Positions 38,109-48,361 of a stretch of DNA of 64,000 bases are shown piece by piece. Origin of the DNA: Planctomycetota bacterium (GTDB lineage: Bacteria; Planctomycetota; Phycisphaerae; WQYP01). Position 1 is the first letter of the stretch, and the number at the start of each line of letters is the position of its first letter. Under the pieces are notes generated by a model that ran no database searches, had not been told where the DNA came from, and saw only the letters and a list, made by a program, of their open reading frames with translations. The position numbers and the translations under genes were made by a program. Where the stretch lies: assembly GCA_021851715.1 (NCBI GenBank), contig JAJZCR010000001.1, forward strand, positions 7,517-71,516. Direction: 5' to 3'.

Positions 38109-40199
38109 ATGCTGCCAGGTCTGTCAATTATGCAGAGCGTCGCTCTGATTCCCTTATTTCCGCTGCTGGCGGCGCTGATCATCACGTTGTCGGGTGCCAG
38201 GGTGCTTAAGTCGCGGTCCTGGATGCCTGCCGTGATCGGCGTGGCGATTTCAGCGGTGCTGGCGTTGTCGTTGTTGGTGATGTTCCAGCGGCGGCACATT
38301 GTCGGGGTCCAGCATCTCACCATTTACCATTGGATCAGTTCCGGCGGATTTTCCATTCCGATCGGCATTTATGTGGATCCGCTGACCAGTTTGTTTCTGG
38401 TGTTTGTCACGTTTGTTTCGACGTTGATATTCATTTATTCCTGCGGTTATATGCAGGGGGATTACGGCTATTTCCGCTTTTTTGCGTACCTGAGCCTGTT
38501 TGTGTTTTTCATGTGTACGCTGGTGCTGGCTGATAACTTCGTCCTGCTGTATTTAGGCTGGGAAGGCGTGGGTCTGGCCAGCTACCTGCTGGTGGGTTAT
38601 TACTATACCAAGCCGTCGGCGCGGGAGGCGGCCAAAAAAGCGTTCATCGTCAATCGGATTGGCGATACCTGTTTGGCCATTGCCATTTTCATTATTTACC
38701 TGGTTTTTCATACCGAAACATTCAGCCGGATTTTTCAGTCCAGCGACCTTAAGAATGTCGGGTTTCTGGCGGCCCATCACGGAACCCTGATCTGGATTGC
38801 ACTGCTGCTGATGTTTGGGGCATTCGCCAAATCGGCTCAGTTTCCGCTGCATGTGTGGTTGCCCGATGCCATGGAAGGTCCCACGCCGGTTTCCGCGCTT
38901 ATTCACGCCGCCACCATGGTTACCGCCGGCGTGTACCTGATCGCCCGCTGCATGCCACTGTTCACCCTGGCCATGCCGGTGTTGCATCTGGTGGGGGTGG
39001 TGGGCTGTTTCACGGCCTTTATGGCGGCCACCATTGCCATGTGTCAATATGACATGAAGCGCATATGGGCCTATTCCACGGTCTCGCAGCTTGGCTACAT
39101 GTTCATGGCGCTGGGCGTGGCTTCCGGCACGGCGGCGGTGTTTCATGTTTTTACACACGCCTTTTTCAAGGCCCTTCTGTTTTTGTCCACCGGGTCGGTG
39201 ATGCACGCGATGGGCGGCGAATTGGATATTCGCAAGATGTCGGGAATTCGCAAGGTGATGCCCATTACCGCCGGCTGCCTGTTGATCGGTGCCTTGGCGC
39301 TTTCAGGCTTTCCGGGTTTTTCCGGTTTTTTCAGCAAGGATGAAATTCTTACAGCGGCGATGAATGCCTCTTGGAACTGGGGGCCGCTGCTTTCGGTGGT
39401 GGGTTTTATAACCGCCCTGATCACAGCATATTACACCTTCCGGGTTTTTTTTCGTGTGTTCATGGGAGACCTGGTTCTGCCGGCCACAGCGGGTAAGCAC
39501 GAGCCATCCGCGTTTGTGCTGCCGGAGCAGGCGCGGCTCGAATCTTCTGCAGCGCATGGGTCGCATGGTAACACCGGGCACGAGACCGACGGGCATAAAC
39601 CATCGGACGGGTCCGCGGCCATGTGGATGCCGCTGATTATTCTGGCCTGTGGTGCCGCGTTGGCCGGATACCTGGGGGTCTTTGGCGGAGCCAACGGCGG
39701 CGGCTGGATTCAATCGTTTTTAAGCCCGGTGCATTTGCTCAATGGAGCGGCACATCCGGTTGTCATAACACCCGGGACCCATATTCCAGTGCAGACGGTG
39801 TCTACTGTACGCGTGGCTCCGGCCATGCTGATGGGTGCGGGTGCGGTGCTGGTTCTGCTGGGCGTGCTGGTTGCGGCCTATTTTCACTGGGCCAACCGCC
39901 GGGCCGCCGATGCTGTCGGTGCAGCCCTGGCACCCGTGGTTAAGTTCTTGGAAAACAAGTGGTACATCGACGAACTTTACAACTACGGCATTGTTCAACC
40001 GCTGTGGCTGTTCGGTCAGGCGCTATCCATTTTTGACCGCTTTGTGGTGGATGGGGTGGTGTTTATGATCGGCTTTTTCCCACAATTTACAGGCTATGTC
40101 CTTAAACCCACGCAAAGCGGACGGTTGCGGTATTACGGCATCGGCATGATTGCGGGTGTCGCGGTGGTGATACTGGGAGTGTTGTATCTGCTGCGGTAG
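38109..40199 (+). CDS. nuoL: NADH-quinone oxidoreductase subunit L
   Basis: GWEGVGLASYLL, AKSAQFPLHVWLPDAMEGPTPVSALIHAATMV, HAFFKALLFL. Confidence 0.96.
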   Translation: MLPGLSIMQSVALIPLFPLLAALIITLSGARVLKSRSWMPAVIGVAISAVLALSLLVMFQRRHIVGVQHLTIYHWISSGGFSIPIGIYVDPLTSLFLVFVTFVSTLIFIYSCGYMQGDYGYFRFFAYLSLFVFFMCTLVLADNFVLLYLGWEGVGLASYLLVGYYYTKPSAREAAKKAFIVNRIGDTCLAIAIFIIYLVFHTETFSRIFQSSDLKNVGFLAAHHGTLIWIALLLMFGAFAKSAQFPLHVWLPDAMEGPTPVSALIHAATMVTAGVYLIARCMPLFTLAMPVLHLVGVVGCFTAFMAATIAMCQYDMKRIWAYSTVSQLGYMFMALGVASGTAAVFHVFTHAFFKALLFLSTGSVMHAMGGELDIRKMSGIRKVMPITAGCLLIGALALSGFPGFSGFFSKDEILTAAMNASWNWGPLLSVVGFITALITAYYTFRVFFRVFMGDLVLPATAGKHEPSAFVLPEQARLESSAAHGSHGNTGHETDGHKPSDGSAAMWMPLIILACGAALAGYLGVFGGANGGGWIQSFLSPVHLLNGAAHPVVITPGTHIPVQTVSTVRVAPAMLMGAGAVLVLLGVLVAAYFHWANRRAADAVGAALAPVVKFLENKWYIDELYNYGIVQPLWLFGQALSIFDRFVVDGVVFMIGFFPQFTGYVLKPTQSGRLRYYGIGMIAGVAVVILGVLYLLR

Positions 40200-40281
40200 C
40201 CCCAATCCTCTGGACCGTTGAAACCGGAGCCGGGCCATGGACGCACCGGCCCGCAAAATAAAATCGGGATGTAAAAATAAC

Positions 40282-41931
40282 ATGAACAGCAACCTGTTAA
40301 TACCCTTGATGCTACTGGCTACCATGATCGGTGCACTGCTGGTGTTGGCCCTGCCCCGCTGCGACAACGACCGAACCGCAGGCATGCTGGCTTTTTTTGT
40401 TTCGCTGGTGCCGCTGGCCCTGGGCGTGCTGATGGCCACGCATTTTAATTACCAGGATGGCGGGCAGTGGCAGGAAGTTTTTAACGCGGCCTGGATTCCG
40501 CAACTGGGCATACGATTTTCCGTGGGTATTGATGCCATCAGTCTGTGGCTGACTCTGCTGACGGTGGTGGTAACGCCGCTGTGCATTCTCGACGGAATAG
40601 GCAAAGTCCGTCATCGGCATAACGAATTTTATTTTTGGATGCTGTTGATGTATTTCGGCCTGATCGGCATGTTTTGCGCCACGGATGTCATGCTGTTTTA
40701 CCTGTTTTTTGAATTTACCCTCATTCCCATGTTTTTCCTGATCGGAATATGGGGAGGGGCGGAACGCCGGCGGGCGGCGGGCAAATTTTTTCTGTATGCC
40801 TTTACCGGCTCGGTGTTTGTGTTGGCCAGTCTTATTTACCTGGCCTGGGTACACGACGCCAAATTCGGCACGGTATCCTTTTCACTAAACGCCCTGTACA
40901 AAGCCGGGCAATCCTTAAGCCTTGGCCAGCAATGCCTGGTGTTTGCGGGATTACTCATCGGCTTTGCCATCAAGGTGCCGCTGTTTCCGGTGCATACCTG
41001 GCTGCCGCTGGCCTTGTCCGAATCTCCCACACCCGCGGCCGTGATGATGGCCACTTTTAAACTGGGGGCATACGGCCTGATCCGTTTTGCCCTGCCCATG
41101 TTGCCGCTGGCGGTGGAGCGGCTGACACCTTTGCTGGCGGTGTTGTGCATTATCTCCATCCTTTACGCGGCCCTGGTAAGCTGGGTGCAAAAGGATATGA
41201 AAAAATTGATTGCCTATTCGCTGGTCAGCCATCTGGGCCTGTGCGTGCTGGCCATGCTGGCTTTGACCACCACGGGGCTGACCGGATCCGTGATGATCAT
41301 GATCAACCAGGGCCTGACCGTAGCTGCGCTGCTGCTGATCATCGGCATGATTCAACAACGATACGGTACCCGCAACCTGAAAGATGTCTCCGGCTTGTTC
41401 CTGCGATTGCCGGCCCTGGGTTTTTTTGCGGGATTTTTTGTCATCGCCACCGTTGCGGTTCCCGGCCTGAACGGTTTTATCAGTGAATTGCTTTCACTGG
41501 TGGGAACTTATGTCAGCGGCGGCAGCCACGGCGGACAGCTTGGCCCATTCTACGCCATTCCCGCGGCGCTGGGCATGATTTTCGGGGCCTTGTATATGCT
41601 GTATTGGCTTGGCAAGGTCTTTTTTGGGCCGCTGGAAGAACCGGTCCTGGATTCTTCCGCCGCTTCCGCTCCTGTTGCCGTGCCGCCAAGGGACTTAAAT
41701 TTCCGCGAATGGCTCGTCTTGGCGCCCTTGGCGGTATTGGTGCTGATTTTGGGCATTTATCCCAATCCGCTGCTGCGGTCACTCGATCCGGCGGTCAGGG
41801 AAATTCGCGCCCCGGACGTGGCGGTGGAAATGTCCGGTCCGGCCGGACATCCGTCGGAGATGGTGCTGTCCGCCCGCCATAAGTTACTCGTTAAGCGATC
41901 GCCGCAGGTGGTTGCGGCATCCATGCGCTGA
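40282..41931 (+). CDS. nuoM: NADH-quinone oxidoreductase subunit M
   Basis: FYLFFEFTLIPMFFLIGIWG, IKVPLFPVHTWLP, PGLNGFISE. Confidence 0.93.
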   Translation: MNSNLLIPLMLLATMIGALLVLALPRCDNDRTAGMLAFFVSLVPLALGVLMATHFNYQDGGQWQEVFNAAWIPQLGIRFSVGIDAISLWLTLLTVVVTPLCILDGIGKVRHRHNEFYFWMLLMYFGLIGMFCATDVMLFYLFFEFTLIPMFFLIGIWGGAERRRAAGKFFLYAFTGSVFVLASLIYLAWVHDAKFGTVSFSLNALYKAGQSLSLGQQCLVFAGLLIGFAIKVPLFPVHTWLPLALSESPTPAAVMMATFKLGAYGLIRFALPMLPLAVERLTPLLAVLCIISILYAALVSWVQKDMKKLIAYSLVSHLGLCVLAMLALTTTGLTGSVMIMINQGLTVAALLLIIGMIQQRYGTRNLKDVSGLFLRLPALGFFAGFFVIATVAVPGLNGFISELLSLVGTYVSGGSHGGQLGPFYAIPAALGMIFGALYMLYWLGKVFFGPLEEPVLDSSAASAPVAVPPRDLNFREWLVLAPLAVLVLILGIYPNPLLRSLDPAVREIRAPDVAVEMSGPAGHPSEMVLSARHKLLVKRSPQVVAASMR

Positions 41932-41948
41932 ATTGTAAGGGATATTAC

Positions 41949-43577
41949 GTGGCTGATGATGTAAACACCTCGCTGCTGGGCTTATTGCCAGAGATTATTT
42001 TGCTTTGCGCCGCCGCGGTGGTTTTGCTTTTGGGGCTGGTCCGTCGCGATGTGCTGCGCCGGCTGACGCAGTGGACGGCGGTCATCGGGGTCATCGTGGC
42101 GCTGGTGGCGGCCTATAGCAACGACGTTCAGAGCCATACCACTTCGCTGGGTGCCTTCATGACACTTTTGACCTGTGGTATCGGGTTGCTGCTGCTGTTT
42201 TCCGCCTGGGAAATGCCGTTTGCCATGGATCCTGCCCATACCGATCGCCACTATCGCGGCGAATTTTTTGCCATGTTACTTTGCTCGCTGGCGGGCGTCA
42301 GTATGATGGCCAAAGTCAATAACCTGATCTGGCTGTTTCTGGCGTTGGAATTGGTTTCCATTCCTACGTACATTCTGGTGGCCACGGGCCGCGGCCAAAG
42401 CGAAGCCCAGGAAGCCGGCATCAAGTATTTTTTTCTGGGGGCGCTTTCAGCCGCCATTTATCTTTTCGGCTTCAGCTACCTCTACGGCTTTTCCGGCAGT
42501 ACGCAGTTTTCAGCCATCACCGCGGTTTTTCAATCCGATATCAGCCAGCACCAACTGCCCTGGATGGCCATTATCGGGTTGCTTTTGGTGCTGCTGGGCA
42601 TTTCCTACAAAATTGCCGCTGTGCCGCTGCACTTTTACGCCGCTGATGTGTATCAGGGGGCGGCCACGCCAGTTACCGCCTTTCTTTCTTTTGCGCCCAA
42701 AGCCGCCGGCTTTGTGGCCATCATTTTGCTGCTGGGCCTGACCGGCTGGCATTTTTCCAGCGGCCCCGACATCACCATTCCAGCGCTGCTCACGGTGATG
42801 GCGGTTTTAACCATGACCATCGGCAATGTGCTGGCGCTGCTGCAGCGCAACATCAAGCGCATGTTTGCCTTCAGTTCCATCGCCCACAGTGGCTACATTC
42901 TGGCGGCATTGGTGGCCGGACCAGCCTTGGTTGCCGGCGGTGGCTGGGCTCATGACGGCGTTGCTGCGGCCCTGTTTTACCTGGCCGCTTACAGCCTCAT
43001 GACCGTGGGGGCGTTTGCGGCGCTCATTTATATGCAGGGCAAAGCGGATGGGGCGGAAGATATTGACGATATTGCCGGCATTTCCTCCGAACATCCCCTG
43101 ACTGCTGCCTGCATGGCCATATGCCTGCTGAGCCTGATTGGTATGCCGGGGACTATTGGCTTTCTGGGCAAGCTCTTTATTGTGCAGGCGGATCTTTCCA
43201 CCGGCCATTGGATTCTGGCCATTCTGGTGGTGGTGAACGCGGCGATAGCCGCGGCGTATTACTTGCGCATTATTGCCGCGATGTATGTGCGGGAGCCATG
43301 GACTCCGTCGCACGTGCGTACCACGCTGGCCCCGCGGTTTGCCGCAGCCCTGTGTGCCGCCATGGTTATTGGCTTCGGTTTGGCCCCCAGTCGGTTGCTG
43401 TCTGACATTCGCCGCGCCGCCGATTTCATGGCAGGCAGTTCCGGTGCCGTGCGCCTGACAGCCCTCCCAAAAGATACTCCGGGGGCAACAGCCCGGTTAT
43501 TGCCGCCATCGCCGGTACTGGGCCGGAATCCGGCCGCGGTCGCACTGCGTATGCCATCGCGTTTGATCGGCCGGTGA
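41949..43577 (+). CDS. nuoN: NADH-quinone oxidoreductase subunit N
   Basis: EAGIKYFFLG, YKIAAVPLH, KRMFAFSSIAHSGY, GFLGK. Confidence 0.93.
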   Translation: MADDVNTSLLGLLPEIILLCAAAVVLLLGLVRRDVLRRLTQWTAVIGVIVALVAAYSNDVQSHTTSLGAFMTLLTCGIGLLLLFSAWEMPFAMDPAHTDRHYRGEFFAMLLCSLAGVSMMAKVNNLIWLFLALELVSIPTYILVATGRGQSEAQEAGIKYFFLGALSAAIYLFGFSYLYGFSGSTQFSAITAVFQSDISQHQLPWMAIIGLLLVLLGISYKIAAVPLHFYAADVYQGAATPVTAFLSFAPKAAGFVAIILLLGLTGWHFSSGPDITIPALLTVMAVLTMTIGNVLALLQRNIKRMFAFSSIAHSGYILAALVAGPALVAGGGWAHDGVAAALFYLAAYSLMTVGAFAALIYMQGKADGAEDIDDIAGISSEHPLTAACMAICLLSLIGMPGTIGFLGKLFIVQADLSTGHWILAILVVVNAAIAAAYYLRIIAAMYVREPWTPSHVRTTLAPRFAAALCAAMVIGFGLAPSRLLSDIRRAADFMAGSSGAVRLTALPKDTPGATARLLPPSPVLGRNPAAVALRMPSRLIGR

Positions 43578-43716
43578 AATTTCCGTGGCCCGGCGGTAGG
43601 CTGCCAAAGGCGAAACGATCAGACCCATGAAGACATAACGGTGGTACCGGCCCGCGCAAGAGCACCAAATCAGCGCCGGCCCAATGGTGATAAGTAAATA
43701 ACAAAAGAGGTGTTTC

Positions 43717-44922
43717 ATGCAATTGGCACAGCGGCTTGACGTTGTCGCGGAGTCCATCACCCTGGCGGTTACGGCGCGGGCGGCCGTCTTGCGCAAGCAA
43801 GGCGTGGATGTGGTAAGCTTTGGGGCCGGTGAGCCGGATTTCGACACCCCCGGCCCCATTAAAAAAGCCGCCATTGATGCCCTTCTGGCCGGCAAAACCA
43901 AGTATGAACCTACGCCCGGCACGCCGGAGGCCCGCCAAGCCATCGCGGGCAAGCTGTCCCGCCACAATCATTTACACTACAAGCCTGAGGAAATTATCGT
44001 CTCGGTCGGTGGTAAGCACTCCCTGTATACAGCGTTTATGGCAGTCCTTAACCCCGGCGATGAAGTCATTATTCCCGCACCCTATTGGGTCAGCTATCCG
44101 GAAATGGTGAAATTGGCGGGTGGCGTGCCGGTGTTCGTCAAGGGGCAGGAGAACTGCGATTTTAAAATCTCTCCCGAGCAGCTTGCCGCGGCTATCACCC
44201 CTAAAACCCGCATGGTCATCATCAATTCGCCCAGCAATCCCGGCGGTCATACGTATCATCCTGCCGAGCTTTCCGCTCTGGCTGCGGTCCTGGAGCCGCA
44301 CCGCGATATCTGGGTCTGCAGCGATGAAATTTACGAGCGACTCATCTATGTCGGCCAGCAAACCTGTTCATGGGCCGCCCTCAACTGGGAAGTCTGGAAA
44401 GACCGCACCATTACCTGCAATTGCCTGAGTAAAACCTACGCCATGACTGGTTGGCGCATCGGCTATACCGCGGGGCCCAAAAGCTTGATCGCCGCCATGA
44501 ACAAGCTGCAAAGCCAAATGACCAGTAACATCACCAGCTTTTGCATGCCCGCCATTGTAGAAGCCTACAGCAATCCCAATCTGGAACAGGATGTGGAAAA
44601 AATGCGTGAAGCCTTTGAGGCCCGCGGTCTGCATATCTGGAAGAGGCTTAACGCCATTCCCGGCCTCAAGTGCGTGCGGCCCACCGGGGCGTTTTATGTG
44701 TTTCCAGATATCAGCGGGGTGCTGAATCGTTCGCTGGGGCCCTCGGCCCAGGTGGCGACGCAAGCCGTTGAGTTCTGCAAAATCATTCTCGATGAAGCGC
44801 ACGTTGCCCTGGTGCCCGGTACCGACTTTGGCTTTCCCGACCATGTTCGCCTGAGCTTTGCCACCAGCATGGTTAATATTGATAAAGGTGTTGATCGCCT
44901 GGAAGCATTTTTGAAGTGCTGA
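43717..44922 (+). CDS. PLP-dependent class I (aspartate) aminotransferase
   Basis: GAGEPDF, NSPSNPGG, SDEIY, SKTYAMTGWRIGY, RLSFA. Confidence 0.95.
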   Translation: MQLAQRLDVVAESITLAVTARAAVLRKQGVDVVSFGAGEPDFDTPGPIKKAAIDALLAGKTKYEPTPGTPEARQAIAGKLSRHNHLHYKPEEIIVSVGGKHSLYTAFMAVLNPGDEVIIPAPYWVSYPEMVKLAGGVPVFVKGQENCDFKISPEQLAAAITPKTRMVIINSPSNPGGHTYHPAELSALAAVLEPHRDIWVCSDEIYERLIYVGQQTCSWAALNWEVWKDRTITCNCLSKTYAMTGWRIGYTAGPKSLIAAMNKLQSQMTSNITSFCMPAIVEAYSNPNLEQDVEKMREAFEARGLHIWKRLNAIPGLKCVRPTGAFYVFPDISGVLNRSLGPSAQVATQAVEFCKIILDEAHVALVPGTDFGFPDHVRLSFATSMVNIDKGVDRLEAFLKC

Positions 44923-45034
44923 CCGCCGCTGACTGACTTGGATATAACGTTTTGCCCCGCGCCAAGCGGATGCCCATGAACATTTCCGCTGCTTACTCCA
45001 TGCGGGATAGCCGGAGGTGGCCCCACGCATGGCC

Positions 45035-45085
45035 GCACCCCAACCACAATGCATAGCCGTGCGCTTTGCCTTGTGGTTGGGGTGC
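45035..45085. terminator. Perfect 15-bp inverted repeat between convergent genes
   Basis: GCACCCCAACCACAA (45035-45049) / TTGTGGTTGGGGTGC (45071-45085). Confidence 0.55.
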
Positions 45086-45117
45086 AACCCGAAGTCAAAG
45101 CGTTATATCCGCACTGC

Positions 45118-45684
45118 TTACCGATTGCCCGGCGGGGGCGTTAGCACTTGACCGATGGTATAAATGGCCGCGTTATCGACCATGATCGGGCCGGAGATAA
45201 TGGGTACGCCGTTCACGGCCGTGATTTTCCCATTGCCGGTGATTAAAACCATCTTATGTCCATTGGCCGTCAGCTCGCGCAGCGTGGCGTGGCGCGGGTC
45301 GAGCACCACGGGGCTGGCGATGGCATGATAGAAAATAAGGTTGCGCAGCGACTGGCGATTTTTCGATTTCATCAGGGTGGCCAGTTTGGCCGGGGCAATT
45401 TTGGCAAACGCGGCGTTGGTCGGAGCAAAGAAAGTATAATAGGCACCGCGCTGCGAGAAGGTTTCTTTCAGGTGCGCTTTTCTGAGGGCCTTGGCCAGCG
45501 TCGTCCACTGCGGTTCGCAATTGATAATTTTGTACAGCGGGCTATGCGCCACGCGCGACGGATTACGCAACAATTTTTTGCAGGCGCACTTATGGAAATG
45601 TTGCTGCCATTGCGAACAGCCCGGCAATGCCGCAGCCAACCCGACCATAAGAACAAGGGCCATCCAGAATTTCTTATAAGCCAT
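45118..45684 (-). CDS. Fasciclin (FAS1) domain lipoprotein
   Basis: Lipobox-like LPGC; YTFFAPTNAAF, IFYH, NAAIYTIGQVL. Confidence 0.88.
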   Translation of the reverse strand: MAYKKFWMALVLMVGLAAALPGCSQWQQHFHKCACKKLLRNPSRVAHSPLYKIINCEPQWTTLAKALRKAHLKETFSQRGAYYTFFAPTNAAFAKIAPAKLATLMKSKNRQSLRNLIFYHAIASPVVLDPRHATLRELTANGHKMVLITGNGKITAVNGVPIISGPIMVDNAAIYTIGQVLTPPPGNR

Positions 45685-45867
45685 GTGGTACCCCTTAACA
45701 AAAACCGTTCAGAACAGGCAATATAGAGGCAATGATCGGTAAATTCAACTTGAATTTACCGGTGGAGGATCCGCGAGCCAGGGTGGCTGCCGCGGGAATT
45801 TACTGGCTCAATGCGGCCCCCGGCGGTATGATACTGTGTGGATGTTCCGGGTTGACGCGAGGAAACC

Positions 45868-47904
45868 ATGCGCCTGGGAATTCGGCGCAAGCTGATAGGC
45901 ACTCTTATTCTGGTTGGTCTGCTGCCGCTGGCCTTGAGCCTGATTGCCATTCTCGGCTTAGGTGCTCGCCTGCGCATCAATACCATCCATGTGTCCCTTC
46001 GCGCCCGGGCCAATACCTACGCCCATGAAATTGCCGATCGCCTGCAGGCGGAACTGGACCGGCTTTATTTGTTGGCCCACCTGCCGGAAGTCGTGGCCTA
46101 CACCCGTGAACAGGATGTGTTGGCAACAAAGCGATCCGCTGGAACAACCACGCGGCCTGGAGCCGGCACCCGGCGCATCGAGAATAGGTGGCCCAGTCTG
46201 CCGAGTAATGCGTCACCTTTGCGGATCATTCTGCATAACCCGATTGCCGATCGGCTGCGGCTGGTCAGCCGCAGCAGTCGCGGCGAATATCACATGCTGG
46301 CGGCCGATCGCTATGGCCGCTTGATTGCGGCGGATGTCAAGCCCACAATGTTTTTCCAAGCCGGGCAAGCTTGGTGGAAAAAGGCCATGACCCCGGGCTG
46401 CAGCGGTTACATCAGTTCCATTTTGATTGATCCGGAAAATCGCCAGCCATCCATCGTTCTGGCCGTACCGGTCCGTGAGAACCATGGACATCAAATTTAT
46501 GGTGTGCTGAAAGAGACATGCGACATTCGCTGGATTCAAAAAAGTTTCGCCCGTGGCGTAGGCCCCATTGGTGCCACGGCCCAGATTTTTGACAGCCACT
46601 CCAAGACCACGGCTTTTTTGGTGGGCCGATTGTCGGTCGCACGGGGAGCGCAGGCCAGATTTATCAAAAATCAAGGCCGAATGGATGGTCGCTGGTGGCG
46701 CGAACTGCTGCACGGACCGATTCTGGGATCTGCTCCGGTAGCTTTTGGCATGGGCTTGCAGGTTGGAAGCGGTCATGTGGTGGTGCCGCACTGGAGTGTG
46801 CTGGTCAGTGAACCCACTGCATTGGTGGTCAAGCCCATATACACCATTGGCCGCACCATCGCTTTTGTCGGTGTGGTGCTTATTGCATTGCTGTTTTTGG
46901 TGGGCTACGGCATCAGCCAGCGGGAAATCGTCAATCCCATTATGCGTCTCAGGCAGGCTGCCGGTGCCGTCGGTCGCGGAGAGCTTAATGTGCGGGTTAT
47001 TTCTGAGGACCAGACGGGGCATGTTTTTTTTCAACACGATGAATTAGGCGACCTGGCCCATGATTTTGACAATATGACCCGCCAGTTACAGCGAAATATC
47101 CACCAGTTGGAACGCAGTGATGAGGCCAAAAAAAGATTTCTGGAACTCGCCGGCCATGAATTGCGCACCCCCGTGACCACCATTGTGCTCACGGCGGATT
47201 TGCTGCGGCGGCAACTCAATATCGCCGCTGCCGATGGCGGCAACACGTCCGAAATGCTCCATGCGCTGGATATCATCGGGGCTCGCGCCCGCCGGCTGGA
47301 CAAAATGATCAACGATATCCTGAAACTGGTGCAGACTGATCAATTTTCAGCGCCTCTCAATCGCACCACCTTCGATATGCATGCCTTGATTTTAGAGGTG
47401 TGCCGCGATCAAAGTGCGTTTTTGGCGGAACGCCGGCAGAAAATTGAATTGGATATGCCTGACCAGTTGCCGCCGTTTTTTGGAGATCGTGAAAAGCTCA
47501 GCGATGTGCTCATCAATGTCCTGACCAATGCGATCCGATTTTCCCCCGATGGTGCCGTGATTCATCTGGCCGCCCACAAAACCGTGGATGATCGCCTCGA
47601 AATTCTCATTTGCGACTCCGGTTCCGGCATTGCCCCCCAGCATCTGGATCAAATCTTCCAGCCATTCCAGACCGGCGAAGATATGCGGCATCATCACAGT
47701 GGGACGGTCGAGTATGGCAGCCGCGGATTGGGGCTGGGGTTGGCCATTGTACGTCGCTTTGTCGAAGCCCATGATGGGCGGGTGGATGTTCGTTCTACGC
47801 CAGAGGGAACCCAAGTATTTATCAGTTTGCCGCTGACCATGCCGCAGCCGGCAGCACCCGAGCCGTCGTTGCCTGCCGCTATTGCGGATTTCCCCACGAT
47901 TTAG
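45868..47904 (+). CDS. Membrane sensor histidine kinase (extracytoplasmic domain, HAMP, HisKA, HATPase)
   Basis: Two TM helices, DELGDLAHDFDNM, GHELRTP, NAIRFS, DSGSGI, GLGLGL. Confidence 0.93.
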   Translation: MRLGIRRKLIGTLILVGLLPLALSLIAILGLGARLRINTIHVSLRARANTYAHEIADRLQAELDRLYLLAHLPEVVAYTREQDVLATKRSAGTTTRPGAGTRRIENRWPSLPSNASPLRIILHNPIADRLRLVSRSSRGEYHMLAADRYGRLIAADVKPTMFFQAGQAWWKKAMTPGCSGYISSILIDPENRQPSIVLAVPVRENHGHQIYGVLKETCDIRWIQKSFARGVGPIGATAQIFDSHSKTTAFLVGRLSVARGAQARFIKNQGRMDGRWWRELLHGPILGSAPVAFGMGLQVGSGHVVVPHWSVLVSEPTALVVKPIYTIGRTIAFVGVVLIALLFLVGYGISQREIVNPIMRLRQAAGAVGRGELNVRVISEDQTGHVFFQHDELGDLAHDFDNMTRQLQRNIHQLERSDEAKKRFLELAGHELRTPVTTIVLTADLLRRQLNIAAADGGNTSEMLHALDIIGARARRLDKMINDILKLVQTDQFSAPLNRTTFDMHALILEVCRDQSAFLAERRQKIELDMPDQLPPFFGDREKLSDVLINVLTNAIRFSPDGAVIHLAAHKTVDDRLEILICDSGSGIAPQHLDQIFQPFQTGEDMRHHHSGTVEYGSRGLGLGLAIVRRFVEAHDGRVDVRSTPEGTQVFISLPLTMPQPAAPEPSLPAAIADFPTI

Positions 47905-48053
47905 AAAGCCTGCTCCAGGGCAGGTGATCAAGACACGTGTAACCAATCACGATCCATTGTCTCGGGAGCCTGAAGCCGCCGAATTGCCGATTTCATCTGA
48001 CGTTTCATTTTGAACATTTATGAACCTGTACATGTGCATGGTGCTGCCCTGGC

Positions 48054-48062
48054 TGCTATAAT
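48054..48062 (+). promoter_or_regulatory. Extended -10 promoter element
   Basis: TGCTATAAT 24 nt before the antitoxin ATG. Confidence 0.5.
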
Positions 48063-48085
48063 ACGGGCATACGGCGAGGTGCCTT

Positions 48086-48361
48086 ATGGCCATCATGATT
48101 CAACTGCCGACTGAGATCGAAGAATATCTCCGTGGTCAGAACCCGCGGCTGGACACGCATGCCCGTGATCAGTTCCTGGTTGCCCAGTACCAGGCCGGTA
48201 AGCTGAGCACCGGGGATATCACCGTGATCCTGGGCTTGGAGACGCGCTTCCAGGCTGAAGAATGGCTTGCCGAACACGGTGCCTGTCAGAACTATTCCGC
48301 CGAAGACCTGGAGGCCGATAGTCAGACCCTTAATCGTATTCTTGGACCGGTGCGCCCCTGA
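48086..48361 (+). CDS. UPF0175-family putative antitoxin
   Basis: YQAGKLSTG...LGL...YSAEDLEAD pattern; TGATG-coupled to a PIN-like gene. Confidence 0.75.
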   Translation: MAIMIQLPTEIEEYLRGQNPRLDTHARDQFLVAQYQAGKLSTGDITVILGLETRFQAEEWLAEHGACQNYSAEDLEADSQTLNRILGPVRP

